Shown piece by piece: positions 25,469-40,300 of a stretch of 64,000 bases of DNA. Each line of letters opens with the position of its first letter. Within the stretch, counting starts at the first letter, position 1. A model generated the notes under the pieces. That model did not search any database. It was not told where the DNA came from and saw nothing but the letters and a program-made list of their open reading frames with translations. The position numbers were made by a program, and so were the translations under genes. This DNA is from Chrysomallon squamiferum (Eukaryota > Animalia > Mollusca). The DNA lies in NCBI GenBank assembly GCA_012295275.1, contig CM022670.1, forward strand, positions 24,056,001 through 24,120,000, written 5' to 3'.

Positions 25469-28029
25469 AAACAAGCCTTTTTGTGCTCATTTGTGTTTGT
25501 ACAATGCATTAGTGAACAAGTTGTTTTAATATTTGTATTTATTATTTTAAAAACATGAGAATTTCAATTCTGTACATTATACATGGCTGTTTATTGACCG
25601 TATCATTAAGCAGGACAAATAACAGTAAGTTATTTTAGGATGTTGGGCATTGCTTGCTTTGTTATTTTTATCCAGAACCATTTGTGTTGATTATGTAGAA
25701 AATATTTTTATAACTGAGCAAAGTGTTTCAATTTGAATCATTATGCCTCACATCATTTTCTTTAAGAAATGCATTTGGTATAAATGGCTTAAATATACAT
25801 GCAAGTTATACATTTTATAAGTTATTTTTATACCTACCCTTGCTAATAACTAAATATTTCAGTTAAATAAGTAAAATAAGTATGTGAGGATTCAAAGAAG
25901 GTGCAAAATTTCATTTAATAATGCCATAATAATTATAGCTTTATACATATTAAAAAATGTTATTTAATATATTCTTAGCAGTTATTAGTCATCAAAATAA
26001 AACATCACTTTTATGTATTAAAAAACAAAACAAAAACAAAAAAACAACCTCCTTTTTAAGTACAAGAATATGGCAAACAAAACTTTTAGTGAAAAAAGTT
26101 ATTCAAATTTTAAAAACAATTTTTTTTTATTTTTTAATTGACAAAACAACCATAAACTGAAGGTGGAGAAAAATAAAAGATTTGTGAAGGAGCATTTAAA
26201 ATTAATTGAATTTTCATTATTTAAATGTCTGGCTCATTGTGTTTACTTACTGTTAGTGAAATCTTTTATTAGAAAATAGAAAATGTGTAATCTGGCATCA
26301 AATTCTTTTGTAGGAGAAAGCACTTTTTTTTATTGTACATTCCAGTGTGAAATCTTAGTGTAAAAAGTCTTGTTATATATGTGTATTATGAACAAGTATA
26401 TAAATATCTTGTAGTGATATGAAAGGGTTAATTTATGTATTTTATACTAATGGCTAAGGTTTGCAGAATTAGATGAAATATTTTAATCTGGTTTTGATTA
26501 ATGGAACTGTGTATTGTTTTGGTGAACTGAGAAATAAATTAAAATTTAATTGGAAAAGAATTAGTTAGACTGGAAATAATGTCAGATTAAAAGCATACCT
26601 TATTTTAAATATTAAATGTTCTGGATACAGTAAACTCTACTTACATAGTTAAAATTTGGTGTGTTTTTAAAATGATTGTTAGTCTTGATTCTGGCAGTAG
26701 TTGGGTGAATAAAAATAATAATAAAAAATAAAAAAATAAGAAAAAAATGTTGGCATTTGATATTATGATCACAAATTCAGTTTTATTTTGCAAAATGTAT
26801 GATAAATAAATACATTCTGTTAACATGCAGGTTAAAAGCCGTAATTTTAAAATTGTTTGAAATTTCAGTTAATATGATGTTAAGACACAGAATAACACAC
26901 TGTCAGAAGAGTTTTAATGGAGATTGTTAAAGTAAATCATGTGTTCAAACAAACTAGGAATGAATATCATACATTTACACTTTGCATAATCTCAATTTTA
27001 TATTTATAAAATTGATCAGTTTGGCAAAACAATTTGTAATTTCAGAATTTATTTTTTTTATGAAGGTTGTATTCTTTCTCACAATATTTGAGAATAATTA
27101 TGCTGCAAAATGATGTATACAGTTACATTTAAGGTGATAAGTTATAGGTTTTTAAACATAATTCATGTAATGCTGGTAAAATATTAATTATAACTCTGGA
27201 AGTTTTTGTGTGTATAATAAAGTATTTATAAGAAATATTCCACAACTTAGTTTTGTATAAACTCAGTGCTAATTAAATTTTGGATGAAATTAAATTATTA
27301 TTAACTAATTATTTGTTTTGTATTATTTCTTATAATGACATTGTTCAGGGAGTCAAATGTGAGATGACCTTCACTATTTAGAAGATACATAGATCCGATT
27401 TCTTTACAGCTCAGATTTGTTGGGTATGTAAAAGGGTATCCTTATCAAAATAACTGTTCTCTGGCACAGGATGATTTCATCCATACAAAACAGTTTAAAA
27501 AGTTACCATAATTAACAGCTAAATTTTATTAAAGTTATAAAAACACAATTGATGTCCGTATTAATATAACTAATCTGAAAATTTTAAAATCAGAATTAGT
27601 ATTATACAATGTTAGAGAGTGCCAGATATATTTGATCTATGCCAAATGAAAGTCACAGGTAAATCAAAACAGAAATGCATGTATACAATGTGCATGATGT
27701 AGGAATTTTAAACTTCATTATAAATCAAATAACATATGAAATAGAGATCTGAAAGACAAAAATAATTTTTTTACAGTTGTCATAAAAAAAATAAATAAAA
27801 TAAAATAAAACGCAATAGCTATCAAATAGAAACAGGCAAGAAAAGAATTAAATCAATAAATGTTTACAGATCTCCCGAATGAATACACGTTTTGTGGGGA
27901 TAGATGTAATTTATTTATTATTCGTTTAGTTGCCGCCACGTTACTCGTAGTTTCATATATATATATATATATAGATAGGACACGTTATGGTCATTCCTGT
28001 TTATTTTTGGATGTGTTACTAACGTTGTC

Positions 28030-28188
28030 ATTACTAATGACGTGCTTAGTTCAGTGACGTAATATAAACTGTCATCGAAACTGCCGACTCTTGGATTCAA
28101 GGAATTAGCGCGAATATTGGTTTACTAAATTAAGAGAGATTATATAATACAGTCAAAAACAGTATTACTTTACGGTTTACCTGGAAAG
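28030..28188 (+). promoter_or_regulatory. Probable JADE promoter and first non-coding exon
   Basis: Two CRE-like TGACGT sites (28038, 28055), local CpG enrichment, donor AAG|GTATAA at 28189. Confidence 0.45.
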
Positions 28189-28309
28189 GTATAAATGTAC
28201 GTATGTTTTAAACGTGATAAATTAGGCACGATAATTACATATAACCTCATATAAACTGAGCTTTTTATTATTATTATATAACTATTAGCTCAATAATTAT
28301 TTATAAGCT

Positions 28310-28343
<34 letters not shown>

Positions 28344-29849
28344 CAGTACACTACCACTCTACTATAGTTTGTTGTCCCCGACGGTTTAGCAAGTCACACA
28401 ATAGAATTTATTTATTTATAAATTTGATTCCAGATTCTCGTGACTTGTATATCTACACTGAGAAAAGGAGTATAGATCAATACATTTATTACATAGTGTG
28501 CGTTGCAACTTTATCATTATCTGGCAAAAACAAACAAATAATAAATAAATAAAAGCGGGAGAATAAAAAACAAATTAAATCGTCATTTTGTATAATATTT
28601 TGGAATTTTAGTTACTCTCATGTATCTTTCTTTTATTTCAAATCAACGACTGTAGTTGGATTTTTATTTTTTTATCATTATTTTTTAAATTGCGTGTGTG
28701 ATAGTCTCGTGTTAATTCCAATTATCATGTTATAACATTTCAAATAAATAAAGTACAAATAGTATGGGTGATTTGATTATTAAAATTTTAATATTATTTA
28801 GTTTACGTAGGGTGAGATATTGTATTTATGTACTGAATTTTTAATAATTTATTTCATTAATTTTATTTCACTGTGCTAACAATCCTTGCAGAATATTTTC
28901 ATCTCCGGGTAGCATTTCATATGACGGTGTCACAAATAATGATAAAAGTTATAAAAAGTTAAGTAAAGGATCGCATTATTTAATTCAGACATGAGCGAAC
29001 TGCGGCCCATATATCACAAAGAAAATAATTTTTATTAGTAAACGGTTCTCCTTTCCTTGTATATTATATAATACTTCGTTTGTGAAGTTTTTGTTCTACA
29101 AGGCAGACAACTCTTTTAAATATCGTATTCTCTCGTGAATATAGCATGTGATCAAACCAAACGGGAAAAACCGCCATGATGGCGCCAAATGACCCTCTTA
29201 ATTTATCTATGTTATCGTTTTTTATAAATCTTCGATCACTGAATAAGCTACATGGGCTATCAAATAATTTTGATAGAAAATGATAAATAGGACAAAGTAA
29301 GTGGATTCAAGAACATGTAATAAGATGTAGTTTTAGGCTGATAGATCAGCAACCGATTTACTGATTCAGTGAGAGTGATTACAATTTGTTTTTTTTTTAG
29401 TAAACAAACACAGAAACAGCATTTCAACAAATTAGGGTATGTTTGTTGTTTTTTTAACAACATTTAATTGGCCTAATACATATTTATCTAAAAATAAACA
29501 CTATTTTAAAAACGTTCTAATCAAAGGCCTACTTTTCATAATCATAATTGATACTCGTACTGTAGACTCAGACTGTCAGTGTCACTATGTAGTAACTAGT
29601 ATGTTACTGTCAATGATAAACTATGTATGTAGTCTGTAGTGAATAGAGAAGTTATATTTAATTTTAAAACGCTTAAAATTATAAATATATTAAATTGATT
29701 AATTTCAAAATTTGATCTTATTTTTTTTTTTAGCAATAACTTACATCTTAAATTTCTCTTTAAATGTTTTAAAAATAAACTTGTAAAATTATATATATTT
29801 GTATATCTGTTATCTTGTATTGAAGTGACATTTTGTCAGCAAAGGAGAT

Positions 29850-30470
29850 TGATCACCAATTACACTCATGATCATCATAAAGTCATAGATAATTTATCTG
29901 TAATTGATTAAAATGGAAGATTTGTCAGATTCAATAAAAAGCAAGACATCATGTACCCAAGATTGTCTAGGTATATGACAAAACTCCCTCTGCACTGCAG
30001 CAAAGGTTGTCAATTTTTTGCGATGTGTAATTGCTTTTCTTGAAAGGGATTCCTTCAGCCAAGTTTTTCTTTTGTTGTTATTTTCACACATTTTCCAAAA
30101 CAGTAAATGTGATGTAGTATACGTATTCAGCATCATCTGTTTTCATTTCTTGACTTGATCTTTGATAAACATCAGAAAATCAACAGACAAGTTTTCTGTT
30201 TCAGAATGTGTGATTAAGATAAGATTATCCAGGACTTTAAATCCTATACAAGTTGTGGATTATTCCTTTCTGCTGTAGTCTCCCAAATTTCATATAGATA
30301 TATGAAGTAGCAGCAACTTAATTTGGAGTACCAAGACACGTAGTATTCTCAGCAAATGACACAACCATAGCAGTGGCTGTTGCTGCCAATGTCTGGTTTA
30401 GATAATATTTTCTTTCAGATAAATATGTGTTTTTAATGAAATTTGTTAGATCTGTGTAATGAAGGCACAC
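29850..30470 (-). mobile_element. Possible highly decayed Tc1-like transposase fragment
   Basis: Higher-complexity patch. Minus ORF remnant HRKKLTTFA...SWVHDVLLFIESDKS loosely resembles H.K.RL.FA...W..VLFSDES. Confidence 0.3.
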
Positions 30471-31322
30471 AGCATAACACTAATTAAAGTTATTAATTAA
30501 ATGGTTAAATAAACAATTGCAACATGCTTGAAAATGTAAATTTGTCAGTGTTGAAAAAAGATTTGTTTGGATTCTGGTTAATTTCTAGAGTTTTGAGAAA
30601 TAAATAATTAAGGTACACAATATATTGAGCTGAAGTTAGGAACAGTCTTAAAAATACTGTACAGCACTAGAACTTATAAAAAGATTCATTTTGATATATT
30701 ATATATCTGTATTGGTTTGACACTACTCTGGTTTATATTGCTAAATGATTGAAACAAATCAGTTTCTCCATAGATTCTGAAAGAAAGATAACTGCAGATT
30801 TTCTTCAGATAAAATTTTTATCTTCTTTCATACCAGTGCAATCAAACATATCTTTGTGTCATTTTAATCTGCATTTTTTTTTTAAATAGGAAAATGATAA
30901 TCTTGAAAATTTTGTGACATATCTAGACAATCCAAACCCAAAATGAATTTGGCATATCTCCTCTTCACATGATTTCAATTCTGTTGGTAACAAAATTAAT
31001 AAATAAAAAGTATTTCCAAAGACATTTGAAGCTGATTGTTGTGTATTACACCAGATGATTGAACATTTATTTGTTATTTCTATATGCACATCATTCTACC
31101 TAAAATATTTGAATTATTCTTTCTTAAATACTTTAAGTGACTTAATTTTAGTTTGTGATCATCGACAATAAAGTAGCCAAATGCAATATAATTGTTCAAA
31201 CAGGTAGACATGGGTAATAAAATTACATTGTAAGTCACTGATTGTTAATAAAAATGCAAGCTGATGTATAATCATAATTTATACTTCTTTTGAAACAGGT
31301 TCCTTTTCAAATAGTCTCTTGT

Positions 31323-34300
31323 ATGACCAGCATGTCTCCCAACAAAAGTAAGAAAGGAATAACTGGTGCTTGTGAAACTGATGGAGGCAAGTCTTTTTAA
31401 TATCATTTATATTAATACAAATCAGAGGTCAAGAAAGTTTTGAAAAAAATAGTATGTTGTTTACACTTTGACAGACTTGATGCTACTTGTCATTCAGAAG
31501 CTGTAAGTTCAATATGAATCAGTATACAGTTCGTTTGTAAGTCTACATTGGTTCCATGTGCATATGTGTGTATAAATGGAATTCAGAAACAGATGAATTG
31601 ATTTTTGACACGATTTCTGATTAGCAGCATTATGTAGAATATTCCAGATTTACAAATTTGTTTCAGTTTTACACATAATGTATGCATATGTTTTTAAATA
31701 AAATTATGTTGTTTGGAATATTGAATTTATTTTTAGCTCATTGATACTATATTAGTACTTAGTTACAAACAGATATTATGAAAATTTTATTTTTATTTTT
31801 AGAAATGTCAATGTCTAGTAAATCTAAAAGGAGGAGGTTCAGTACAGATGATGATAATGAAGATGCTGGACCATCAAAAAGGGGTATAACTTTTTAGTAT
31901 TAAATTAGAATGTGTGAACTACTTCGCTAACCATAACCTTGCAATATTTACAGTGAAATGACTTTTGTAATGATGTATTCTTATAAATTTAAAATGCTTA
32001 ATGATAAAACATTTTATTATTTCATTTCTGTTTTGTTTGTTTGATATTATATTTAATAAATGTTACACAAATTAGGTGAATACAAGAAATAACATGATGA
32101 AAATCTCCATTGTCAAAAGAGCAATATTTCTTATTTATATTTGTAAAGCAGTCACATCATCCTGCACCAGTAGCAAGTTGGTATTCAATGGTTTACGAAG
32201 CCCTGGTTCTATCCAAAGGTCACAACAGACCTGCAGAAGTAAGTCTTAATTTGAAAATTATAAAACATCCAAAAATAAAGCAATGAAGCATTAAGATACT
32301 AATATTCATCAGTGAAATTATTTGGAGTATATTTTTTCATTGATATTTAAAAGTAAGAGAGTAAGTTTTTATTTGTTATTATTATTTTTTTAATTGAAAA
32401 TATTTATATTGAATCCAGAGAAGGTGGAGAAACAATGGAATAAAACTGGTAATGCTCTTGATAATTATTGGCTTTGGAAAATAAAGCAAATTGATTGCTC
32501 TTGCAGCTGTTTCGTAAAGACCTAATCAGTGCCATGAAATTGGCTGACTCGGAGACACTACAGCAAGACAGCTATATCTTGATATCCGATCCATGGAAAC
32601 AAGAATGGGAGAAAGGAGTGCAGGTCCCTGTGAACCAGTCTGAAATACCAAATGTTGTCATCAAGTGAGATATTTTTAAATATGTTTAATAGTTTACATT
32701 GTATTTTAAAATTTATTTCATTATGATATTTATTTAATGGCTTGAAATTCTTTCTTTGATTTGACTGTAAGACATTCATTGAATTTAAATATGTTTTCTC
32801 TATTTTTTTTTTTTTAGGAAACAGCTTGATAAACCGACATATGGTGATTTCAAACTAAAAAAGTAAGTGAACGTACTTTATTTGGAAAAGCTTCAGAAAA
32901 GAATTTTAAACAATGCTCTAAAACATTTAACCATTGATTGAATGTGATGATTTTAAATCACTTAAAAATGAAAGGAAACATTAATGACTTAATCCTTGGA
33001 GTCCTGGACTGTTTACTACAGTTTAAATATAGAATAGTACAATTAACTTAATTTTTCTTTTCAGTCCCAAAAAACTGCTGCACGCTGCTGCAGATGAAGT
33101 GTATCGACAGGGAATTCATGAGCTGACTGGAATGCAGCAGCTTGCTGAACAAGTTGTGAGATACGATCTTGATGATTTGGATGTATGTTGGTTAGAAAGG
33201 GCTAATGAAGATCGAGAAGAGATTGGTAATTGCTATGTTCACTTTTTGCTTCAGATGTATTTTGCTTTTCACACAAATTTTTATATTATTCATGACATTA
33301 CAATGTGTACTTAATTGATAAACTATAATTTCAGGTCAGAGTCTGATCCATGAATGGACACTGGAAAGGATAATAGAAGCTTTTGAGAATGAGGTATGCC
33401 TTGTTTGTGAATATAACTGTTGATTAAGTTGTAAAATAACATTTCAGTTACACATAAGACAAGAGTTTAGATTAACATTTGAAAACTGTAATATTTATTT
33501 TAAAAGAAACCAGAGAATTAAATCTTCAGAAATGTTTTTTAAACCTATATACACTTGTTTCATTTAGTGCCATGAACGAATGCACAAAATGATAAAAACA
33601 GAAGAAGGTCTTGGAATTGAATATGATGAAAATATTGTATGTGAAGTGTGTAAATCAGTAAGTATTTTTATTATCAACTAGCTATTAACAATTTGAAATG
33701 TTTACAACAGCAGAATATTCATAGATGCCTGTAATTGTTAATTTATGCAACTATTATAACAAGGTACCTCAGGATAATTTATATTTAAAAATAATTATTC
33801 AATTTTTAACCCAATATTAACTTGAAAATTTGTTCATGACTATAAAATATTTTGTTTTATTCAATTAATTTTTTTTTTACTAATTAAACACATTTTTATT
33901 TATGTTATTAGATTCTCTGCTCTTGGTATTTGGAGATGTTTAATTCGTGTGATTTTAAAAAACAAAGCAGTATTGTTCTGTTAATGGTGGTTGTATTATT
34001 TCAGCCTGACAGTGAAGATACAAATGAAATGGTGTTCTGTGATGGCTGTGACATATGTGTACATCAGGTAGGAAGTAATCTTAGGTTGATCAGTTTATTA
34101 TGCAAATAAAAAAGAGAAAAAATAAAGTTTTTCTTTTTGTTCCCTTCTGTGGTTTGCTTTTATTTGCTTTTTACTTTTTGATTTAATCAAAATAAGTTCA
34201 TGGTTTTACCTCATTTTAATAAGTTCAGTATTTATTGTGATTAATGGCATTAACCTTTCTAATCTGATGTTAAATATATCTACATTGTTTACACTTTATA

Positions 34301-37300
34301 CAGGCTTGTTATGGCATTCAGAGTATCCCTGAAGGCAACTGGTTATGTCGAACCTGTGCTCTAGGTTTTAAGCCTCGTTGCATTTTGTGTCCAAAGAGTG
34401 GAGGAGCAATGAAAAGTACAAGGTAAATAAAACAAATAACATCAGTATATTAATGTTATGACTATTACAGAATCCAGCGAACACCATGAAAACTGTTTTT
34501 GTAGTCCACTGAAATGAAAATAAAATGTATTATTTTAAAAACAAATGACATATTTGTTTGATGTGAAGCAAATGAAATAAGATTTTTATTTTATTTTTTT
34601 CACTGTTCCATTACCCATGTTTTTACTGTGTAAATGTTACATTCTGTTATGAAACTGACATTACATATTTTTATATTCTTTTGTATACAAAAACCATTAC
34701 TCAGTAATATTGTCTGCAGTGCTGCATTTTGAAGAAAAACATGTTTAAATTGATGATGTTTTCCCTTTAGGAGTGGAACGAAGTGGGCTCATGTGAGTTG
34801 TGCACTTTGGATACCCGAAGTCAGCATTGGCTGTCCAGAAAAAATGGAACCTATAACCAAAATTTCCATGATTCCTGTATGTTTTCCACTGTTATTTATT
34901 GACTTATTAAATATAATGAATAAAAGATTAATATGTATTCTTGGTGTACTTTATCGTGAAAAAAATAAACACTTTTTTTATTTTATTTTAAGTTAATAAA
35001 TGAAAAAACTTTCTTTCCTTACATTCTCCTTTTTGTTTTCCCAGGCTAGTCGTTGGGCACTAATCTGTTGTTTATGTAAAGAACGGTATGGTGCCTGCAT
35101 CCAGTGCTCTGTAAAAACATGCAAGACATCGTTCCATGTTACCTGTGGTTTCCAGAATAATCTTACTATGAAAACAATCCTTGATGATTCTGAGGAACCG
35201 GATGGTGTGAAGTTAAAGGTTAGTTTATTCTTTAAATTGTATTTTAAAAATGAAGTCCATTTTCTGGTCTTCCATTAGTCACGTACAACTGGTATGTGAA
35301 CTGCTTTTATAGTTACATTGCACACACAGTATATACAGCTGAGAACCGGTAAATCAGGTGTTTTATGCAGTAATTGAATTTAAACTTTTACTGTAACAAT
35401 AAAGTTGACACAGGGTTTTGTACTGGATATTACAAACTACAGAAGTCCATGAATTTTATAACCTGAAAATTAATATTTCTTACATTAGATACACATTTTC
35501 ATACTTTTGTTGTGTTTATACAGATTTATTTTGGAACAAGATTCATGTATTTGTTATGCAGTAGGTGAACCTGTCATGCTACTGATTTGAATATAAATAT
35601 ATACCTATGTGTACAAATTTGTCATGAAAAATGAATTTCCAAAGGTGTGAGAACCCTGATTTTAAAAGTATTAAAAATTAACACTCACATTTAAAAAAAA
35701 TATCTTGGAAATGTTTGCAATTTGCTGGAATGTGTGTGTCCAAGTCATTTTAGTTTTTCTTTTAAATTTAAAATTAATATTGGTTTCAGGCTTTCTGTCC
35801 AAAGCATAGTAGAAAAATGGATGGTTCACAATCAGATTCAGACAGTGATTTTCCAGAAAAGGAGAACCAGGGAACCCCTCGTAAAGATATGACCAAAGAG
35901 GAATTGGATAATCTAAGAGCTAAAAAGTAAGTAGTTTAACAGACATTTCAGTGGCTTCATCAGCATCCTTTTTAACAAACATTATTTTTTAAAAGATGAG
36001 TAATTCAGTGGAGAAAGATATGGTGTAACTTCTTTTTGAAAATATCTACAAATATTTCAGTAATCAAGTACTACGATATTGGTCGAGATATTGATGAATC
36101 AGAGATACTAACAACTAATTTGTAATTTTAGAATAAAAGAACTGGAGGCAGAATTTTACACAATAGTTGACATTGCAAAAGTAGCTGAGTCTCTGAATGT
36201 TGATGAAGATATTGTGGAGCTTGTTCTCTTTTACTGGAAGCTGAAACGGAAGGTTTGTTGTTGTTTTCAGATGTGCATCTCAACTTTTTTTTTGTTACAT
36301 ACACAACAGTTTTTAATAAAGCAACAAGAAAAGCTCTGCAAAAAACAACCTGCCAGAATACCCCACCCAAAAAAAAAAAATTCAAAAAAAATAAATATAG
36401 TCCTCAAATTTCAATTAATTGCTGTATTAGAACAATATTTGTTAATATTTAATTAGCTGAAAAGGACTGTGTTTCTGAATTAATAAAAGCTTTTCTGTTT
36501 AATAAAACTGAACCAAAGTCACTTGTTTTCTTCTTCAAATTAGTAACAATAAAATAAAAATTAAAATTAAAATTAAAAAAATTAAAATGTAAGTATCACT
36601 TTTGAAAAATACAAAAATGTTCTTAAATTTAAATTGTCTTGTCATCTGATATTTAATATTTAAAAAAAAGTAATATCCTAAATATTACCAATGCTTTTTC
36701 AGGTCTATCTCTAAAAATTAGGCTGAGAGTACCAAACTTATAATATTCATTTGAACACATATTTGGGAGTATTAAATAAGAAAACAAAAATCATGTTAAA
36801 TATTGTAAAAAGATAAAGAGCAACATTTTATTTTAACCAATCATTAATTTATTTAAATATTTGTTGTACATAACAAATTTTTTTATTTCAGATATGTTAT
36901 TACATTAAAATATTTAGAATAAATATTCTTGTAAATGCTATGTTCTGTCTTTTTTATTTATTTATTTTTTCCAAATGTTCTTTTAGTTTATAATTTGACT
37001 AATTTTATTTCAGGAGAATGCATTTACTAATTATTAAAAAATACTGTTTAAATATTTCTAATAAAACTGGTGAAGTTGATATTAATAGTATATCAGTTTT
37101 GACAAAATATACAAATACATATATATATATAATTGTTATAATAATAGTTTTAAAAAATAATGATAATAAATAGATCTCAAGGAAGCATTTTAATTTAAAT
37201 TTTACAACTTACAAAAAATGTCTTATTCAGTATTATACATAAAAACACACACACGCATGGAAATAAATTAAGCAACACCCAATTCATAGACATATAATTC

Positions 37301-40300
37301 TGTGAATTAGGAATGATTTATGTGGCATCTTGCTCAGTAGCATGAATTTCAAGATGTTCTGTGAGCATGCAACGATGAATAATGGATGTGAAATGTCATT
37401 CCCTCAGTAGTGTTGAAATGAAGATAATAATGATTACATGTCATATTTTCTCCTGTCATAAATGTCATGGCACATTGTAAATTGTCAGAGGCTACAAGTT
37501 GGTAAATTATTGGCATTAGAAATGCAGGAATGTCCCTCAGACAAAATGGATGTCAACTTGGACATCATATATTCATTATTTCAAGACTGTTAAAGAAACA
37601 GGGCTACCAATGATGAAGCTTGTCCAAGACCTGGCAGACCACAATAAAAGAGGATAAAGCAGTGTTGAGACTTGTTAGACACCATTCATGGGACTCGAGC
37701 ACATCTTTAAAACAATGGAAGTTACCAGGGAGAGTGAAATCTGCTAAAAGCATTAGGATAAAGGACCAGAATTCTATGTTTAGCTCACAGTGTATTCGCT
37801 GGATCATTGTACCATCTTCAAATCAACCAGAGTATTTCATTGTATTATTGGCTAAGTTTCTCCTCATCCCTTTCTGTTCATTGAAAATTTCATATGGTAT
37901 GGAAATCTTTGACACATTTCACACATCAGTTTATTAAAATGGCTCAGACAGAGCAAATACAGATGTTGCTTAATTATTCTGTGTGTGTGTGTGTGTGTAT
38001 ACACACAGACAATAACATATACATACATATATACCTACATACATACTAAAATTAGAATAATTTTTATACCTTTAACGGATTCTGATTATGAAAAGAGCTC
38101 AATATCAGTAAAACAAAAATTATATTGTTTAAGTTAAATATATTCAAAATAAAAGAAACCTAACTATAAACTTTATATATCTGGTATTTAGGCTAACTTT
38201 GATAAACCATTGCTGATGCCAAAGACAGAAGAAGCTGATCTACTAGAGAAGCAGCAGGAAGACAGCTTGGTGGCAAGGATGAAGATGTTTGTGCATCTTC
38301 GCCAAGATCTTGAGCGGGTTTGTGATAAAGTCATATTTAATTCATTAGATTATTTTGTCCTTCGCGAATATTAAAGTGTGCTCCTGAATCTGGCAAAAAT
38401 ATTGTTAATATAAGTTTTTTGTTTTTTTTACCAACAACAAAGTTTCAGAAACGGATGAAACTGGATATTTTAGTTTTTTATTAGAATGGAAATTTAAAAT
38501 AATTTTTTTTTTTATAATTTATAATTCTCTCAAGGTTTTCTGCTCATAAATGTCATTGTGAGGATTGTTTAAAACAAATTTATTCATACATGTAATAAAC
38601 ACCTCAAGTTAACTGTCACATTAATAACTTCTAAATTAATGGTACTTGTTTGGTGTTTTCCATTGTAGGTTCGAAACTTGTGCTATATGATCAGTCGTCG
38701 TGAAAAACTGAAGAGACAGTACTACAAATCACGTGAAAATGCTTTCAAGGCAGCAGTAAATATACTAACAAATGACAGTCTGAAGCTGACAGCAAGAGAA
38801 TGTGAAAAGATTGCAGACCAATACAACAGAAACAGCTTGTATGAGGGGTTAGGTCAGCAAGATCCACCTGTCCTTAAACCTATACGTCCACTTAAACTGT
38901 CTGAGATTAAACGAAATCTGAACAGGTGCAAATCACCATACACATCAGACTCTGAGAGTCAGAACAGTGATGCTGCCTATATTCCAGGTCAGCGTGTTCG
39001 ATCAGTGTCAAAAAGCAGCACTGGGTCCAAATCAACAAAGGATGAAATTCCTATCCTTGAACCAGAAATTCCAATTAAAACATACTTTGGAAATGACGAT
39101 GTTGACGTAATTAGTCTTGAATCTAGAGGTGAGGTTCCTGAAATAGAAAATAGGGATGTTGACATCAGGAGACCCAACCAGAGAAAGCAGAGTTTTGAAG
39201 ATAAGCAGAGTGACACATCTGAAGGTGAAATGACTGATCAAAGTGAGACATCAGAAAATAAAATAAAAACCCCTGAAAGAAGAGAGAGTGTTGACGGATT
39301 TGATAGTGAAAGTGCTGTGAAACTGAAAGTTTTGTCAAAAACTGGAAAGGATGTGAAAATGGAAGTAATTGTGAAAAAAGAACCTGAGGAAATGGTTATA
39401 AAATGTGAACCTGAAAGTGATGCTACAAAAAGTGAATCTGAAAGTCCTGTAAAGGATGAACCTAGTGAAAGTTATACTCCTAAAGAAATTAGTAGTGCTT
39501 CAGAAATTAACAGACCTAAAAAAAGAAGCACAGATAAACACAGGAAAAGACATAAACAGTCATTTTATCGAGAAGACAGAACACTACGCAGACAACAAAA
39601 ACATAAAAATAGAAATGAAAACAATTTGGATGAGTTGAAACGTATGTCCATACATTCAGTAGGCAGACATAAAGATAAAACTGGCCACAGCCGTGATTCA
39701 GAATCAGTTTCTCCTGTTAAACAGGTGAACAAGGAAAGGCGATCAAGTCGTCAGATGTTGCCTTCTAATGGTGGTAGCAGAATAAAAACAGATAAGAATA
39801 ATTCTGTTCAGATGGTTGGCTTGAATGCTATGTACATTGTAGAAAATTCTATAAAGCAAAGAGTGCAAAACAAGCTGTTAAAATCAAGACAGTCACGGTA
39901 TCTTAATGGTTTGTATGACAAGTCCCTGAGGAAAATAGACAGCTATTTCTTAGTGAAGAACGATTCACAAGGGAGAACAAGTCCTGCTAACAATCAATCT
40001 GGTCGTGTTCTCAATGAAATACCATCGGGGTTGGGAAAAAGTGCTTTTGAACAGAACAAGCTGTTTGGTGAGCAGTGCTTATCAAAAGAATATAATGGAT
40101 ATAGCACACCTCATAAAACAAATGGTGTGCAGAGCAATCAGCTGACACCACAGTCAGGCAGAGGAACAGGGGAAATGATAAAAGACTTGAAAGCAGTGTT
40201 TTTACAAGAAACAACTGGATCTCCAGAAACAAGGAGTGTGAGGCGGCGAATTGAAGCAGTTTTTGACAGTGATACAAAAAAGAATATATTTGAAGAGGCT

